Below are positions 19,349 to 30,253 of a stretch of 64,000 nucleotides of DNA, piece after piece; the first letter of the stretch is position 1, and each line of letters opens with the position of its first letter. Position numbers and translations under genes: made by a program. This DNA is from Phycisphaerales bacterium. Its GTDB lineage: Bacteria; Planctomycetota; Phycisphaerae; WQYP01. Where the stretch lies: the NCBI GenBank assembly GCA_027451365.1, contig DAIDJN010000059.1, positions 32,001 to 96,000 on the forward strand, in the 5' to 3' direction. A model generated the notes under the pieces. That model worked only from the letters and a program-made list of their open reading frames with translations. It ran no database searches and was not told the DNA's origin.

Positions 19349-21102
19349 TACCAAGCCTTGCCGGCGCTATGCGGAAAGCCCTTAAAGCCGTAGCATTTCC
19401 ACAGGGCCAGCCCTTTCATGAAAACGCCATGGTAGTACAGATGAATCATTCGCATTTTTCCCACCCTTGTAAATGCGGGGAGAATCAGGTGATGAAATAC
19501 ACTGGGTGAAAACCAGCCAATGAGGACCGCGTTCCGGCCCGCGAAGCGCAATTTTCCGGTCGATGGGTTGATCTGATCAATGCCCGGCCAGAGGTTAAAT
19601 TGACTTTCGCGCCCGCCCGTCAGGCTTTGAATGCAATACACAAACGGGTGGCCCGGTAGATAGAAGCTGATGGAACTCGCCTCATCCCAACGGTCGGCTA
19701 TTACCAGTGGAAGTTGTCCGTTTCTGGTCCGCATGGACATTCGGACTTTATTCACCGCCAGCCCCCGAATGCGTAGATCGTGGAGGCGAAACGCCGGGTC
19801 CCACCGCACCGCGGGAAACTTTGTTCCTGTCGGATCAAGGCGGGCTGCCAGCGGATAGAATCGCTGTGTATTTTCCGCCAGCACATAAAGGCAGAATCCG
19901 AATACCACCGCCGTAATCAGCCATCGGCGGTAAAGCTTGTTTTCCCGCGGCCTATTCCAACGCAACGTCGCCACACCGGCCAATAGAATCATAGCTGAAA
20001 AATATCCTGCCGCCGGCCAATTCGGTTGAACTTTCGTCCATAAACTTAGAACAAAATAGAAGCCAAACAGCGGCAGAGCCAGGCTCAGCAAAAGCGCCCA
20101 ATGTGCCGTTTCCACCGCCGCAGGCTGCCTGCGGCAAATTTTGACCGCATCCACAAACGCCAGAATCAGCAGCACAAATACAATGCCGGCACAAATACCC
20201 GCCTGTGACCCGAGATATAGCCCGACCTGGGCGGGAATATGTTCCAGATGTTTAATCATATTGAAATGGCCTTCCAGGCCGCCCTCTCCTCCTATGTGGC
20301 GGAACATGACCCAGTTATGGGCTGCATTCCATACGAGTGTCGGAATCTGTATGGCCAGCATCAGGAGAACCGCGCCCAGGCTGTGCCATGTTGCCAGCTT
20401 CTGTCTTAAATAGCTGTTAAATATTGCCGCCAGGACCAGCGAAGGCACCAGAAAAAGCGGGATCGGCTTGCACAAAATTCCCAGACCGGCCAGTAATCCA
20501 GCCAGATAAAGCCACCACGCCGAGGCGTGCTTACCCGGCTGTTCCACCACGTTCCCTTCCTTGTCGCGGTTGGGTTCTACCGCCAGCCACACACACAGGC
20601 TTGCCAGCGCCCAACTTAAATACATTGGCGAATCAATTGTCATGAGAAGGGATCCAATCGCAAATACCGGCATACCCGCTGACAGCACCATCAGCATCAG
20701 GCAGGTGCGGTCGTCGCGGAACATCCGCCTCGCCAGTACCAGACTTGCCAATCCGCTTATACATGCAAATATGACCGCCGGCGTGCGAATGACCGGCATC
20801 GTGGCATGAGTCGCGCCAAACCAGCGGCCGACCACAATGGCCGCATGAATAATGGCGGCTATGCCCGGCCCTTTGGAATAGTAGCCCCACGCCAGGTGTT
20901 TCGACCAGAGCCAGTAATGGCTTTCATCCTCGGTCAGATCAAACGGGCAGTGATGATATAAAAACATCAGATTGGAAAACAGGCCGAATGCCAGAATTCC
21001 CAGTGCTGTGCGGAATGCCCATGGCCGCCGGATCGTTGGCCGCACCTTCTGGCCCCAAAATGAATCCGCCGCGATGCCCGACTCAGGTTGTGTGTCTGTC
21101 AT
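19345..21102 (-). CDS. ArnT/GT39-like membrane glycosyltransferase
   Basis: DESHYWLWSKHLAWGYYSKGP, multiple TM helices, MTIDSP, NWPAAGY. Confidence 0.82.
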   Translation of the reverse strand: MTDTQPESGIAADSFWGQKVRPTIRRPWAFRTALGILAFGLFSNLMFLYHHCPFDLTEDESHYWLWSKHLAWGYYSKGPGIAAIIHAAIVVGRWFGATHATMPVIRTPAVIFACISGLASLVLARRMFRDDRTCLMLMVLSAGMPVFAIGSLLMTIDSPMYLSWALASLCVWLAVEPNRDKEGNVVEQPGKHASAWWLYLAGLLAGLGILCKPIPLFLVPSLVLAAIFNSYLRQKLATWHSLGAVLLMLAIQIPTLVWNAAHNWVMFRHIGGEGGLEGHFNMIKHLEHIPAQVGLYLGSQAGICAGIVFVLLILAFVDAVKICRRQPAAVETAHWALLLSLALPLFGFYFVLSLWTKVQPNWPAAGYFSAMILLAGVATLRWNRPRENKLYRRWLITAVVFGFCLYVLAENTQRFYPLAARLDPTGTKFPAVRWDPAFRLHDLRIRGLAVNKVRMSMRTRNGQLPLVIADRWDEASSISFYLPGHPFVYCIQSLTGGRESQFNLWPGIDQINPSTGKLRFAGRNAVLIGWFSPSVFHHLILPAFTRVGKMRMIHLYYHGVFMKGLALWKCYGFKGFPHSAGKAWY

Positions 21103-21119
21103 GCCGTTGTATCCGTCTT

Positions 21120-21515
21120 TTAATCCTGGTTCGCCCGGTCCACAGGAGGCCGGTTCTCGATTGGCCGTGCGTAATGCCCCCGGAATTTCTCCACCGGATA
21201 TTTAACGCGGTTCCGTATCATTTTGGCTTCCGCGGCTGCGGAAAGATCAATGTCCAGCCTGTTTGCCAATGAAATAATATACATTAGAACATCTGACATT
21301 TCGTCGGCCACAGCCTGCCGGAATGCCCAGTCGCCCAAGCGAGCGGTCGACTCATCTTCGCCCAGCCATTGAAACAATTCCAGCAGTTCGCCCGCCTCTA
21401 CCGCCGCGCTGACCGCCAGATTCCGCGGCGTGTGAAATTTTTCCCATTGCCTCTCGGCTACAAATTCCTTCATCATGATCCGCAATTGAGCCACTGTCGT
21501 CTGGTCATCTGTCAT
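21120..21515 (-). CDS. MazG-like nucleotide pyrophosphohydrolase
   Basis: ERQWEKFHTPRNL, EAGELLELFQW, DEMSDV, NRVKYP. Confidence 0.88.
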   Translation of the reverse strand: MTDDQTTVAQLRIMMKEFVAERQWEKFHTPRNLAVSAAVEAGELLELFQWLGEDESTARLGDWAFRQAVADEMSDVLMYIISLANRLDIDLSAAAEAKMIRNRVKYPVEKFRGHYARPIENRPPVDRANQD

Positions 21516-21608
21516 AACGCCGCCAATATCATGAAATTCAATTTAAGCCTCTGTTGTCCGCGCATTCCGCTGGCTGCGGCGAAACGCCGCCCGTTGCCGC
21601 AGGATGTT

Positions 21609-22544
21609 TTACGGTTTGGCCTCTATCGGATCCACCGTCGCGACAGTATACCAGTCTGCCACACGCGATTGCTTTCGGCAGTCCAGACAGGGAATGCCGC
21701 CTTGGCTCAGGTCCGTACCGCAATGGCCGCACCGGCCATGGTTTTCAAACAGGTCCACTGGTTGCTGGCAATGGGCGCACGTCCAGCACGGACCTAGCGG
21801 TGGGTTTGCATGGCAATTAGGACAGGTTGGTCCCTGGCGACGCGCGATTTTCTGGATGGTCTTCATTGCCCCGCTGATGCGGAATCCCTGCCATGCGGTG
21901 AACATCAGAAACACCGCCATGAAGATGCTCCAGCTTTGATGGTATTGAATCGCCCAGAATAAAAAGGCAGCGGCGCCAATGATCCCGATAATTGCCGCGA
22001 TTCTAAGAGCGTTTGCCTCACCTATTACAAACCATAGACAACTCATAAGAATCTGCCCGCCATCCAGCGGATAGACCGGCATGACGTTGAAGACCAAAAT
22101 GACCAGATCAATGTTGAACATGGCGGCCATGAATCTTTGCACGCTGTACGAGATCCCAATATGAGCCGCCATCGGTGAATGTGCCGCAAGATACAGGATC
22201 GGCAGCAGTGCTACATTCACCAATGGCCCCGCCGCAATAGTCCAAAGCGTTGCTCCTGGCCGACGCGGGGTATCCACATACGCCACGCCGCCCAGCGGCC
22301 AGAGCACAATGGTATCCGCTTTGCCGCCCACACTCCGACAAGCCAGCGCATGTCCGAATTCGTGCATCAGGACAATACCAAACAGGCCCAGAAGCCCCGC
22401 GATATTTAATGCGGTATTGTGCCGGCTGATCAGGCCTGTCGTGACCAGATAATAGGCCGCCAGCAGCCACAACCAGTTCAAATAAACGTCAATTCCGAAT
22501 GCGCGGAACAGGCGGATAGATCCATTTCTTATGGCGCCAAACAT
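21609..22544 (-). CDS. Site-2 protease (M50) with C-terminal zinc-ribbon
   Basis: HEFGH, AGPLVN, NVMPVYPLDGG; four CxxC pairs at the C-terminus. Confidence 0.88.
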   Translation of the reverse strand: MFGAIRNGSIRLFRAFGIDVYLNWLWLLAAYYLVTTGLISRHNTALNIAGLLGLFGIVLMHEFGHALACRSVGGKADTIVLWPLGGVAYVDTPRRPGATLWTIAAGPLVNVALLPILYLAAHSPMAAHIGISYSVQRFMAAMFNIDLVILVFNVMPVYPLDGGQILMSCLWFVIGEANALRIAAIIGIIGAAAFLFWAIQYHQSWSIFMAVFLMFTAWQGFRISGAMKTIQKIARRQGPTCPNCHANPPLGPCWTCAHCQQPVDLFENHGRCGHCGTDLSQGGIPCLDCRKQSRVADWYTVATVDPIEAKP

Positions 22545-22722
22545 GGCAGACTCCTGTGCTTGCGTCGCAACGTGTCATGAAGAATGACGAATTCCGCCCA
22601 TGCCATGCGACCCAATTTAATTGTAGAGGCTTTATATCCGTCCGGCGAGTCCACAGGTGATTCTTTTTGGAGTCCGATGTGCCACCTTTCGGGTTTCCGC
22701 CATGACCGGAAATAATCCATGG

Positions 22723-23604
22723 CTATCCAATTGCGGGCGGAAGTTCAAACAAGCCAAGCTGTTCACCGGGCAGCGCCTGTCGGCGCTCGCTGGAAAGCCA
22801 TTCGGTTCGCTGGTTTTGATGTGCCAGTGTCAGAATGGGCGCAAGGCGCGGGTCCTGCCTGAACAGCCTCTGGACAATGGCCGGCGAATTGCATTGCCTG
22901 CTTCTATGCAAAAGCACCAGATGCCGCGGCCATCTACCTGCGCCGAGCCGCGCTTCAGTTAAATCCAGGATATCCTGCACCGCTTCAAATGCTTCCTCAT
23001 TGGACAAATGCCCGCGGCCGCCCATGATTCGCTTTTTCACCCGATCCGACCGGCGGCTGGCAAGCTGCATGTCCGGATCATAATTGCTTTCCATCGCCAG
23101 CAGGTCCACACCGGCGAACAAATCGATCAGTTCAACAGGCACCCGGCCCAGGTCTGTCGCAAATCCAAGTCGGCTGCCCCTGTATTCAAATACAAACCCC
23201 TGACTTCCCTGCTTATCATGTGGCAGTCGCAATGTGCGGCAATGCACTTCTGGAAATATGTTAAATGGTTCAGTTCCGAATAATGTGATCAGTGGCTGCA
23301 ATGGCTTAAGCAGCTTCTGCTGACGCGCCAGCCGTCGCAGGTCTTTGGCGTGTCTTTCCGGACAATACACCTTTATTTCCTGCCGACAAATGCTGCTTAG
23401 CCAGGCGGGGCTGAAATGATCTGAATCCAGGTGTGTCAGGCAGATCGCGCGAATGTCCGCAACCGCAATTCCCGTGCCGGTCATGCGTTTATCCGTCGCG
23501 CGCGGGCCAATGCCCGCGTCAATTAGCGCACACTGGCCATCGGCCCGCAGCAGTGTTGCGTTGCCCGCTGACCCACTGGCCAATACACAAAATTCCAAAG
23601 CCAT
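22723..23604 (-). CDS. Metallo-beta-lactamase fold hydrolase (YycJ/WalJ-like)
   Basis: LASGSAGNA, IDAG, THLDSDH, ATDLG, ESNYD, GHLSN. Confidence 0.82.
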   Translation of the reverse strand: MALEFCVLASGSAGNATLLRADGQCALIDAGIGPRATDKRMTGTGIAVADIRAICLTHLDSDHFSPAWLSSICRQEIKVYCPERHAKDLRRLARQQKLLKPLQPLITLFGTEPFNIFPEVHCRTLRLPHDKQGSQGFVFEYRGSRLGFATDLGRVPVELIDLFAGVDLLAMESNYDPDMQLASRRSDRVKKRIMGGRGHLSNEEAFEAVQDILDLTEARLGAGRWPRHLVLLHRSRQCNSPAIVQRLFRQDPRLAPILTLAHQNQRTEWLSSERRQALPGEQLGLFELPPAIG

Positions 23605-23615
23605 TCAGTGGTCCC

Positions 23616-24971
23616 TTATGCCGCTGGCAATACCGGTTGTGGTTGCCAGTTCCACATTGCCATCAGTCCGGCGCCCCACAGCACCAGCGCTCCGTACGTC
23701 ACCAGGCCCAGGTTCCGCAGAATATAAAATGGCGGCGGTAAAACCGTAAAAATATGTGACAATGCAAAAAATATCAGAACAAAGCCCAATCCCCGGCCGA
23801 TAGGAAGTTTCTGATCGTATTCCCATTTTGCCGCCAGCAATGTAAGCACCAGGGGCAGCACCATGCAAAAATAATGTGGATGGCATATTGGAATAATCGG
23901 CAGCATAATCACGATCAAGGTGCCCAGGAACAGATTCCGAAATATCGCATCGTCCTTTCGTCGCAGCCGCTCCACAAGAAGCGTCACAGCCACCAGCACA
24001 AAAGAAATAATCCAGTGCGCCAGTTTTTCGCCTTTATCCGGCGCGGGCGTTTTTTCACCTAAGTGCATGGTATGATCAATCATCGCCAGAAAGGATGTGG
24101 AATCGGTTTTGTTTACATCCAGCAGTTCGCGCCCACGGCTCTGGTTATGGTTCAGCCCCAATGCCGGCTCAAGCACCACTTGATTGAGCGTTTTATACGC
24201 GGCCATCATCGGCCGCGGTCCCATGACCGCCAGTGGAATGATTGCCACGCCCAATATCACTCCCGCCGTCGCGCCCAGTAAAACCTTCCAGCGCAGCCGC
24301 CAGATTCCATAAAGCACCAGAAACGCGGGAAATATTTTAATCGCCGCTGCAAGTCCCAGTGCAAAGCCGGCCCGCACTTCCTTGCGACAAGCCAGAGCCG
24401 CTCCGGCCATGCAGAACAGCATTAACAGAATGGAATTCACCTGTCCGCGCACCAGCGCTCGGCCCAGCGCCGGCAGGCAGACAAGAATCGGAATAATGCG
24501 CAAAGCCCACCACCGCCGACATAATCGCGGCTGGTTCCGCACCTGCGGGTCCTGGCTGGCTTTTTCCAGCGCGGCCGCCAAACTGCAGGCTCCCAGCCAG
24601 ACAGCTAGAATACCGACCACATACCATATAGCCACCGACACCGCATAAGGCAGCAGGCCTGCCCGGCTTTGTCCGGCCGGCGCATCAGCCAAAGGATATA
24701 GACCAATCGCCAGTAGCGGCGGATAATTATAATGCCAGTGATTCGTATCGGTAATATCATACGGATTCTGGTGCACGCGCACCGCCCATGCCGCGCGAAA
24801 ATAGGTGTCCACGTCCGTCATTCGTCGTTTCAGAAATGCGGACCGGATTTCCGTTACCGTGCCGAATGCAATGACTCCGATCAGAAGCGCGATCAGGCCA
24901 AGGCGTTCGAGCTTGCCGAGCGGGTCAAAAGCGCCGGTGGAATCAGATGGTGCTGTGGGTTGTGTCATCAC
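23616..24971 (-). CDS. GT87/DUF2029 family membrane glycosyltransferase
   Basis: YNYPPLLA, GQVN, IKIFPA; multiple TM helices. Confidence 0.78.
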   Translation of the reverse strand: MMTQPTAPSDSTGAFDPLGKLERLGLIALLIGVIAFGTVTEIRSAFLKRRMTDVDTYFRAAWAVRVHQNPYDITDTNHWHYNYPPLLAIGLYPLADAPAGQSRAGLLPYAVSVAIWYVVGILAVWLGACSLAAALEKASQDPQVRNQPRLCRRWWALRIIPILVCLPALGRALVRGQVNSILLMLFCMAGAALACRKEVRAGFALGLAAAIKIFPAFLVLYGIWRLRWKVLLGATAGVILGVAIIPLAVMGPRPMMAAYKTLNQVVLEPALGLNHNQSRGRELLDVNKTDSTSFLAMIDHTMHLGEKTPAPDKGEKLAHWIISFVLVAVTLLVERLRRKDDAIFRNLFLGTLIVIMLPIIPICHPHYFCMVLPLVLTLLAAKWEYDQKLPIGRGLGFVLIFFALSHIFTVLPPPFYILRNLGLVTYGALVLWGAGLMAMWNWQPQPVLPAA

Positions 24972-25047
24972 TCAAATTTCTTGTTGTTATGTCGCCCGTT
25001 ATCCGGAATCTTTATGCGAATATTTAGACCAATCAACGCACTGCTCG

Positions 25048-26142
25048 TTAAAGTGTTTCCGCCGCCCGCGGGAAACTGCCGAGCACCGCCAGTTGCAGGC
25101 AATGCTGTTTGGCTTCTGTCAGCGCGGCCTGCACCTTGGTATCCTCCACATGTCCAAGCAGGTCCGTGAAAAAATAATACTCAAAATTTCGTTTCTGGCT
25201 CGGCCGGGTGTCAATATTCGTCAGATTGATATCATGCCGCCGAAAAACATCCAGCACATCGACCAGAGCGCCGCTCTTATGAGCGGTCGTGAAAATGATT
25301 GAGGTTTTATCATCCCCGGTGCGCCGCGCCGGCTGTCGGCCAATGACCATGAAACGTGTGGCGTTATTCGGGTTATCTTCAATGTTGGCAAACAGCGTCT
25401 TAAGTGAATAAACTTCCGCCGCCAGGGATGAGCCGATGGCCGCAGCGCCCGATTCTTGCGCAGCGAGTTCAGCCGCCTTGCTGCTGGACCCGACCGGAAT
25501 CCGCCGCGATTCGGGCATGGTGGCATTCAGCCATTTGCGGCATTGGTCCAACACTTCGGGCTTGGAATAAATAATTTTCACCTGTTCTGGCGGGCACATT
25601 GCCAGCAAGTGGTGATGAACCGCTATTACCACTTCCGCCACGACGGTAACCTGTGGATGGTCGATGAACGCATCCATGGTTTCCATAATGCCGCCTATAA
25701 TGGAATTTTCGATTGGTGCCAGCCCTAAATCCGCGTGGGATCGCGAAATTTCATCGAATACCGTGGTAATATCGGTGACTGGAACGTGTGTGACTGATGA
25801 GCCGAATTTTTTTACTGACGCCAGATGAGAAAAACTTCCCGGCGGCCCAAGGAAGGCAATTCGCAATGGCTTTTCCAAGGCGAAGCTGCCCGACATTAAT
25901 TCGCGGTAAATAGCCTCCAGACATGAATCCGGCAGAGGACCGCCGACGGCCTTGTTTGAACGGCGTATTTTTTCCAGAACGATTTTTTCCCGGTCTGGCG
26001 CGTAAATGGGCGCATTGGACAGATGTTTGACTTTCCCGATTTGTACCACTATGCGCGCACGGGCATTCAAGAGTTCAACAAGTTTTTCGTCCAGTTCGTC
26101 GATCTGCCGGCGAAGCGGGGCCAATGATTCATCTTGTGACAT
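25048..26142 (-). CDS. pheA: Chorismate mutase/prephenate dehydratase
   Basis: N-terminal LRRQIDELD chorismate mutase domain, PIENS, NATRF, ACT domain. Confidence 0.95.
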   Translation of the reverse strand: MSQDESLAPLRRQIDELDEKLVELLNARARIVVQIGKVKHLSNAPIYAPDREKIVLEKIRRSNKAVGGPLPDSCLEAIYRELMSGSFALEKPLRIAFLGPPGSFSHLASVKKFGSSVTHVPVTDITTVFDEISRSHADLGLAPIENSIIGGIMETMDAFIDHPQVTVVAEVVIAVHHHLLAMCPPEQVKIIYSKPEVLDQCRKWLNATMPESRRIPVGSSSKAAELAAQESGAAAIGSSLAAEVYSLKTLFANIEDNPNNATRFMVIGRQPARRTGDDKTSIIFTTAHKSGALVDVLDVFRRHDINLTNIDTRPSQKRNFEYYFFTDLLGHVEDTKVQAALTEAKQHCLQLAVLGSFPRAAETL

Positions 26143-26350
26143 GCCTATCCTCTTGCGGACCCATGGCAGATTTCCGGTCCCTTCCGGTCTGCAAAATCCA
26201 TTTTATGTTACTGGCGGGGCGGGGGGGTGGCAAACCGGCGCTAATTGGTCTCAACACGCCGCCCATTACTTTGCCCGGCAACCGACCGGCCCGATAGCCG
26301 CGGCAAGGGCTTTCACCAAATGGCATAAAAAAAAATTGAGAACAGAACGG

Positions 26351-26379
26351 AAAAAGCCGGCACATTGGCCGGCTTTTTT
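26351..26379. terminator. Intrinsic (bidirectional-type) terminator ending the polysaccharide operon
   Basis: AAAAAGCCGG-cacattgg-CCGGCTTTTTT. Confidence 0.75.
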
Positions 26380-26444
26380 CAGGAGATGTCAGAATACGTT
26401 CAAATGGGATGGATGTTCCGGCAAACCCGCCGGATGAGGACAGC

Positions 26445-28832
26445 TTAATGCGCTGCTATGGATTCGTATAACGGCTGAATTGAATCAATGGTTGTTTGAA
26501 TGGTGAAATGTTCCAGATATCGCCGGCGGCCTGCTGTTCCCATCGCGGCGGCCTGCCCAGGGTTGGCCAGAATCATCAAAATAGCGGCGGCCATGGCATC
26601 GGCATCTCCCATTGGCACCAGCAATCCGGTTTCATATTCCGCCACAATTTCCACAACTCCGCCGCCACGCGTGGCCACAACGGGCTTGCCGGCGGCCATG
26701 GCTTGAACCACGACTTGGCCAAAAGGTTCCGGCGTGGTGGAGGCATGAACCAGAAGGTCTGCGGCATCAATCAATTCAGGTACGTCGTTACGGAAACCCA
26801 GGAATGAGACAACTTCCCGCAAGCCCAGGCTGTCAACCAATCCGCGAATGTGGGCGGCGTAGGCATCTTCATCAAAAAGTGCTGAACCGATAATTTCAAA
26901 TCGGGCCTCGGGTCTGGCTTGATGCACTAAGGAGGCCGCGCGAATAAATACTTCCTGCCCTTTCCATGGACTTATGCGGCCTACCATCACGACTTTTCCG
27001 CCGGTTCCTGCTGGCTGTTCCGCAACTGCCGGGACTGGAGCCGGTGACCACGGGGCTAACTGGGGATCGGGCAGTCCGGAATAAACGACGGCGGACGGTT
27101 TTGATTTCGGCAGGTTCAATGTTGCCAGTGTGGAGTGGGAATTGGCAATCACAAAATGTGGAGCACGCTTCGCCAGCTTGCTGAACGCTCCGGCGGCCTT
27201 TTTCGGAAGATAGCCCGCTTCGATTCTGTCACGTATATGCCATACCAATTTATGACCGGCCAGACGGGCCGCGGCACCACCTAAAATATCAGATTTCAGC
27301 GAGTTGGTGTGCACGATGTCGGGCTGAATTTCGCGAATAGTCCGCGTTAAAAACCGCACAAATCGGGCCAACTCCACAATTTTCCGCAACTCAAGAGAGA
27401 ATTTGCCTAATTCGTACCGGTTGAGCTTATTGATGGCCGGAATTAAGGTCACGATTCGGACTTTCAAACCTGCTTTGCGCAGTTCATCGGCCAGCGGACC
27501 GTCGCTGAATAATATGATCGTTATCTGATACAGGTTTTGATCCAGCCGGCGGGCAAGATTCAACAGGGCGTATTCGCCACCGCCTAATGCCGCAGTATGA
27601 TTTAAAAACAATAGATGCAACCGCCCGGTTCCCCGCCGTATGCCGGGGCCGTTTCTGTCGTCCCTCATGCGTTGATAAACTTTTTTTATTTCACTCACGG
27701 TGGTGTCTATGGTGAAATGTTTCAGATATCGCTGGCGGCCTGCTGTTCCCATCGCGGCGGCCTGCCCTGGGTTGGCCAGAATTGTCAAAATAGCGGCGGC
27801 CATGGCATCGGCATCTCCCATTGGCACCAGCAATCCGGTTTCATATTCCGCCACAATTTCCACAACTCCGCCGCCACGCGTGGCCACAACGGGCTTGCCT
27901 GCGGCCATCGCCTGCACCACAACCTGCCCGAAGGGTTCGGGACTGGTGGAGGCATGAACCAGCAGATCCGCCTTGGAGATTAAATCAGGCACATCTTTGC
28001 GAAATCCAAGAAAAGAGATGACCTTTTCCAGGCCAAGCTTTTGAACAAGCTGTCTGATTTCCGTTTCATACGCTTCTTCGCCAAAGAGAACTGAACCGAC
28101 GATATTAAAATGTACATCAGGTCGGGTCCGGTTCACGATGGCCGCGGCCCGAATAAATACGTCCTGCCCTTTCCATGGACTTATGCGCCCTACCAAAATA
28201 ACTGTGGCTCCGGAAACGGTCCGGGGCTGCCGGGCCGAAGGCTGTTCAGGGAAAGGCAAGCGACCCGCCATGGGATCGGGAATACCAGGATACGCAATAA
28301 TTTTGGGCTTAGACGTGGGCAGATACAGTGTCTCAAGCGTGGATTGCGAATTGGCTATAACAGCCTTGGGCACGTGACGGCTTAATCTGCGAAGCAGCCA
28401 GACCATGCGGCCGGGAAGGTAATCCGAGGCAATTCGATCGTGGATATGCCAGATGACGGGTATGCCCGCAAGGCGTGCCGCCAGACCACCAAGCAGATCG
28501 GCCTTTAGTGAATTGGTGTGGACAATATCGGGGCGATGGTGGCGAATAGCGCCGCGTAAACGCCAGATAAAAGCCGCGATTTGAAGAACCCTACCGGGGC
28601 TAAAAGCGCTGGCTTTTCCGGCGGCAATGCGGGTGGCCTTGTTGATGGCGGCATTCAGTTCAAGCACGTGAACAGGAATGTGCTCCTTCCGAAGCGCCTC
28701 GGCTAATGGCCCATCAGCAAAAAGCAGCACATGCGGGTCGAACTTTGTGCGATCAAGATGTTGCAGTAGATTAAGCAGGGCAAGTTCGCCGCCGCTTAAC
28801 TGAGCTGTGTGATTTATATAAAGAAGTTTCAT
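26445..28832 (-). CDS. Tandem double GT4 glycosyltransferase
   Basis: Two complete GT-B units, each with GGE, GRISPWKGQ and EPFGQVVVQAMA; ATG 28832 chosen as start. Confidence 0.88.
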   Translation of the reverse strand: MKLLYINHTAQLSGGELALLNLLQHLDRTKFDPHVLLFADGPLAEALRKEHIPVHVLELNAAINKATRIAAGKASAFSPGRVLQIAAFIWRLRGAIRHHRPDIVHTNSLKADLLGGLAARLAGIPVIWHIHDRIASDYLPGRMVWLLRRLSRHVPKAVIANSQSTLETLYLPTSKPKIIAYPGIPDPMAGRLPFPEQPSARQPRTVSGATVILVGRISPWKGQDVFIRAAAIVNRTRPDVHFNIVGSVLFGEEAYETEIRQLVQKLGLEKVISFLGFRKDVPDLISKADLLVHASTSPEPFGQVVVQAMAAGKPVVATRGGGVVEIVAEYETGLLVPMGDADAMAAAILTILANPGQAAAMGTAGRQRYLKHFTIDTTVSEIKKVYQRMRDDRNGPGIRRGTGRLHLLFLNHTAALGGGEYALLNLARRLDQNLYQITIILFSDGPLADELRKAGLKVRIVTLIPAINKLNRYELGKFSLELRKIVELARFVRFLTRTIREIQPDIVHTNSLKSDILGGAAARLAGHKLVWHIRDRIEAGYLPKKAAGAFSKLAKRAPHFVIANSHSTLATLNLPKSKPSAVVYSGLPDPQLAPWSPAPVPAVAEQPAGTGGKVVMVGRISPWKGQEVFIRAASLVHQARPEARFEIIGSALFDEDAYAAHIRGLVDSLGLREVVSFLGFRNDVPELIDAADLLVHASTTPEPFGQVVVQAMAAGKPVVATRGGGVVEIVAEYETGLLVPMGDADAMAAAILMILANPGQAAAMGTAGRRRYLEHFTIQTTIDSIQPLYESIAAH

Positions 28833-29047
28833 TGCAAAAGCCGGATAGTTAGCGCGGTGGAATACCAAAAATCGCCGCGGCCGAGCCCATGGCAACTGAT
28901 GTCAGTTGTGCATTCAACCGTTGAACAGTCCCGAAATGCCGAGTCATTTGGCATAGCAGGATTTCGTATATCGGCTCAACCGGCTGAAACACAAGGAATA
29001 CAATAATTATGATTGCAGCGCAATTTGCTTTCCATATTGATCAGCCA

Positions 29048-30223
29048 TCAGTGGTTTTTGTCGCCCCGGTTTACGGCGGCGTAAATGTCAGCCATCTGGT
29101 TGGCGATTTGCTGCCAGGAACACCAGGATTCCACGCGTTGTCGGCCAAGGCGGCCCATATCCGCGGCCAAGTCCGGGTTTTCGGCCAGTTTGGTTATGGC
29201 TGCGGCAAGCGATTGTGGATCGGCTTCCCGTGCGACCAGGCCGGCGTTGCCGATGACTTCGGGAATGGCACCAGAATCGGAGCCAATGACGGGTATTCCA
29301 CAGGCGTGGGCTTCAATAATGACGCGGCCGAATTGTTCTTTCCAGGTACGTGTGGTGCGCGATGGCAGGGCAAACACGTTCAGGCTGCGCATCCAGTCCG
29401 GAAGCCGCGCCAACGGTACGCCGGGCGAAATGCGGACACGGTCGGCGAGTTTTGCTTTTACGATGCGCCGCTGAAGTTCCGATTTAAATGGTCCATCACC
29501 AATAAGGGTAAGCTGAACGTTGGCAGGACATAATGCGATGGCATCCACAAGATCGCCAAGGCCTTTTTCTTCCACCAGACGGCCGGCATAGCCGACCAGA
29601 AAAGAACGACCGGCTTCGCTTGACCGGTGGGGGGAAGTGGCATTTGCTTTTCCGTCTGAATTTATTGATGGGGTGAACATATCGGCATCTACGCCATTGG
29701 GCACGGTGCAGGCGGGGCCGCCGTAGCCGTGGCGGCGCATGACTTCAATGGCTTCGCTGCTTCGGCCAATCAGGAAATCGGCGTTAGCAATGGTAAAACG
29801 GCGGAAGGAATCAAATGGAAACGGAAGCTTGCGGAAAATGTTCTGTTCTGTTTCTGAAATAATTTTAGCGTCGGGCAGGTATTTGTTCCGCAAATAACAG
29901 GTTTGGGCACTGACCATGCTCCAGGGTTCTTCCCACAGGTCAATGACATCCGGTTTGAAATCCAACAGTATTTGCCGGAGGTTCGGGTAATAATGCAGAA
30001 AAAACAGGGCCGGTCCCATGGACGGCCAGCGCACTTTACCGATTTCATAATCAGCTTTGGCATCGGGAAGAAATGCCACGGGCCGCCATTTGCCGTAGTG
30101 TTTCCAACGGTCCGGAATAAGAATTTTCAGAGTTAAATCGCCACGGGCATGAAGCAGTTCAGACTTCGGCTGGCCTTCGGCGGGAGACTGACAGGTATGA
30201 GATATAAGTAAAATTCGAAGCAT
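29048..30223 (-). CDS. GT4 glycosyltransferase
   Basis: GRLVEEKG, EQFGRVIIEA. Confidence 0.9.
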   Translation of the reverse strand: MLRILLISHTCQSPAEGQPKSELLHARGDLTLKILIPDRWKHYGKWRPVAFLPDAKADYEIGKVRWPSMGPALFFLHYYPNLRQILLDFKPDVIDLWEEPWSMVSAQTCYLRNKYLPDAKIISETEQNIFRKLPFPFDSFRRFTIANADFLIGRSSEAIEVMRRHGYGGPACTVPNGVDADMFTPSINSDGKANATSPHRSSEAGRSFLVGYAGRLVEEKGLGDLVDAIALCPANVQLTLIGDGPFKSELQRRIVKAKLADRVRISPGVPLARLPDWMRSLNVFALPSRTTRTWKEQFGRVIIEAHACGIPVIGSDSGAIPEVIGNAGLVAREADPQSLAAAITKLAENPDLAADMGRLGRQRVESWCSWQQIANQMADIYAAVNRGDKNH

Positions 30224-30253
30224 CGGGTCCTTTGGAATGCGGTTGCGCCGAAT

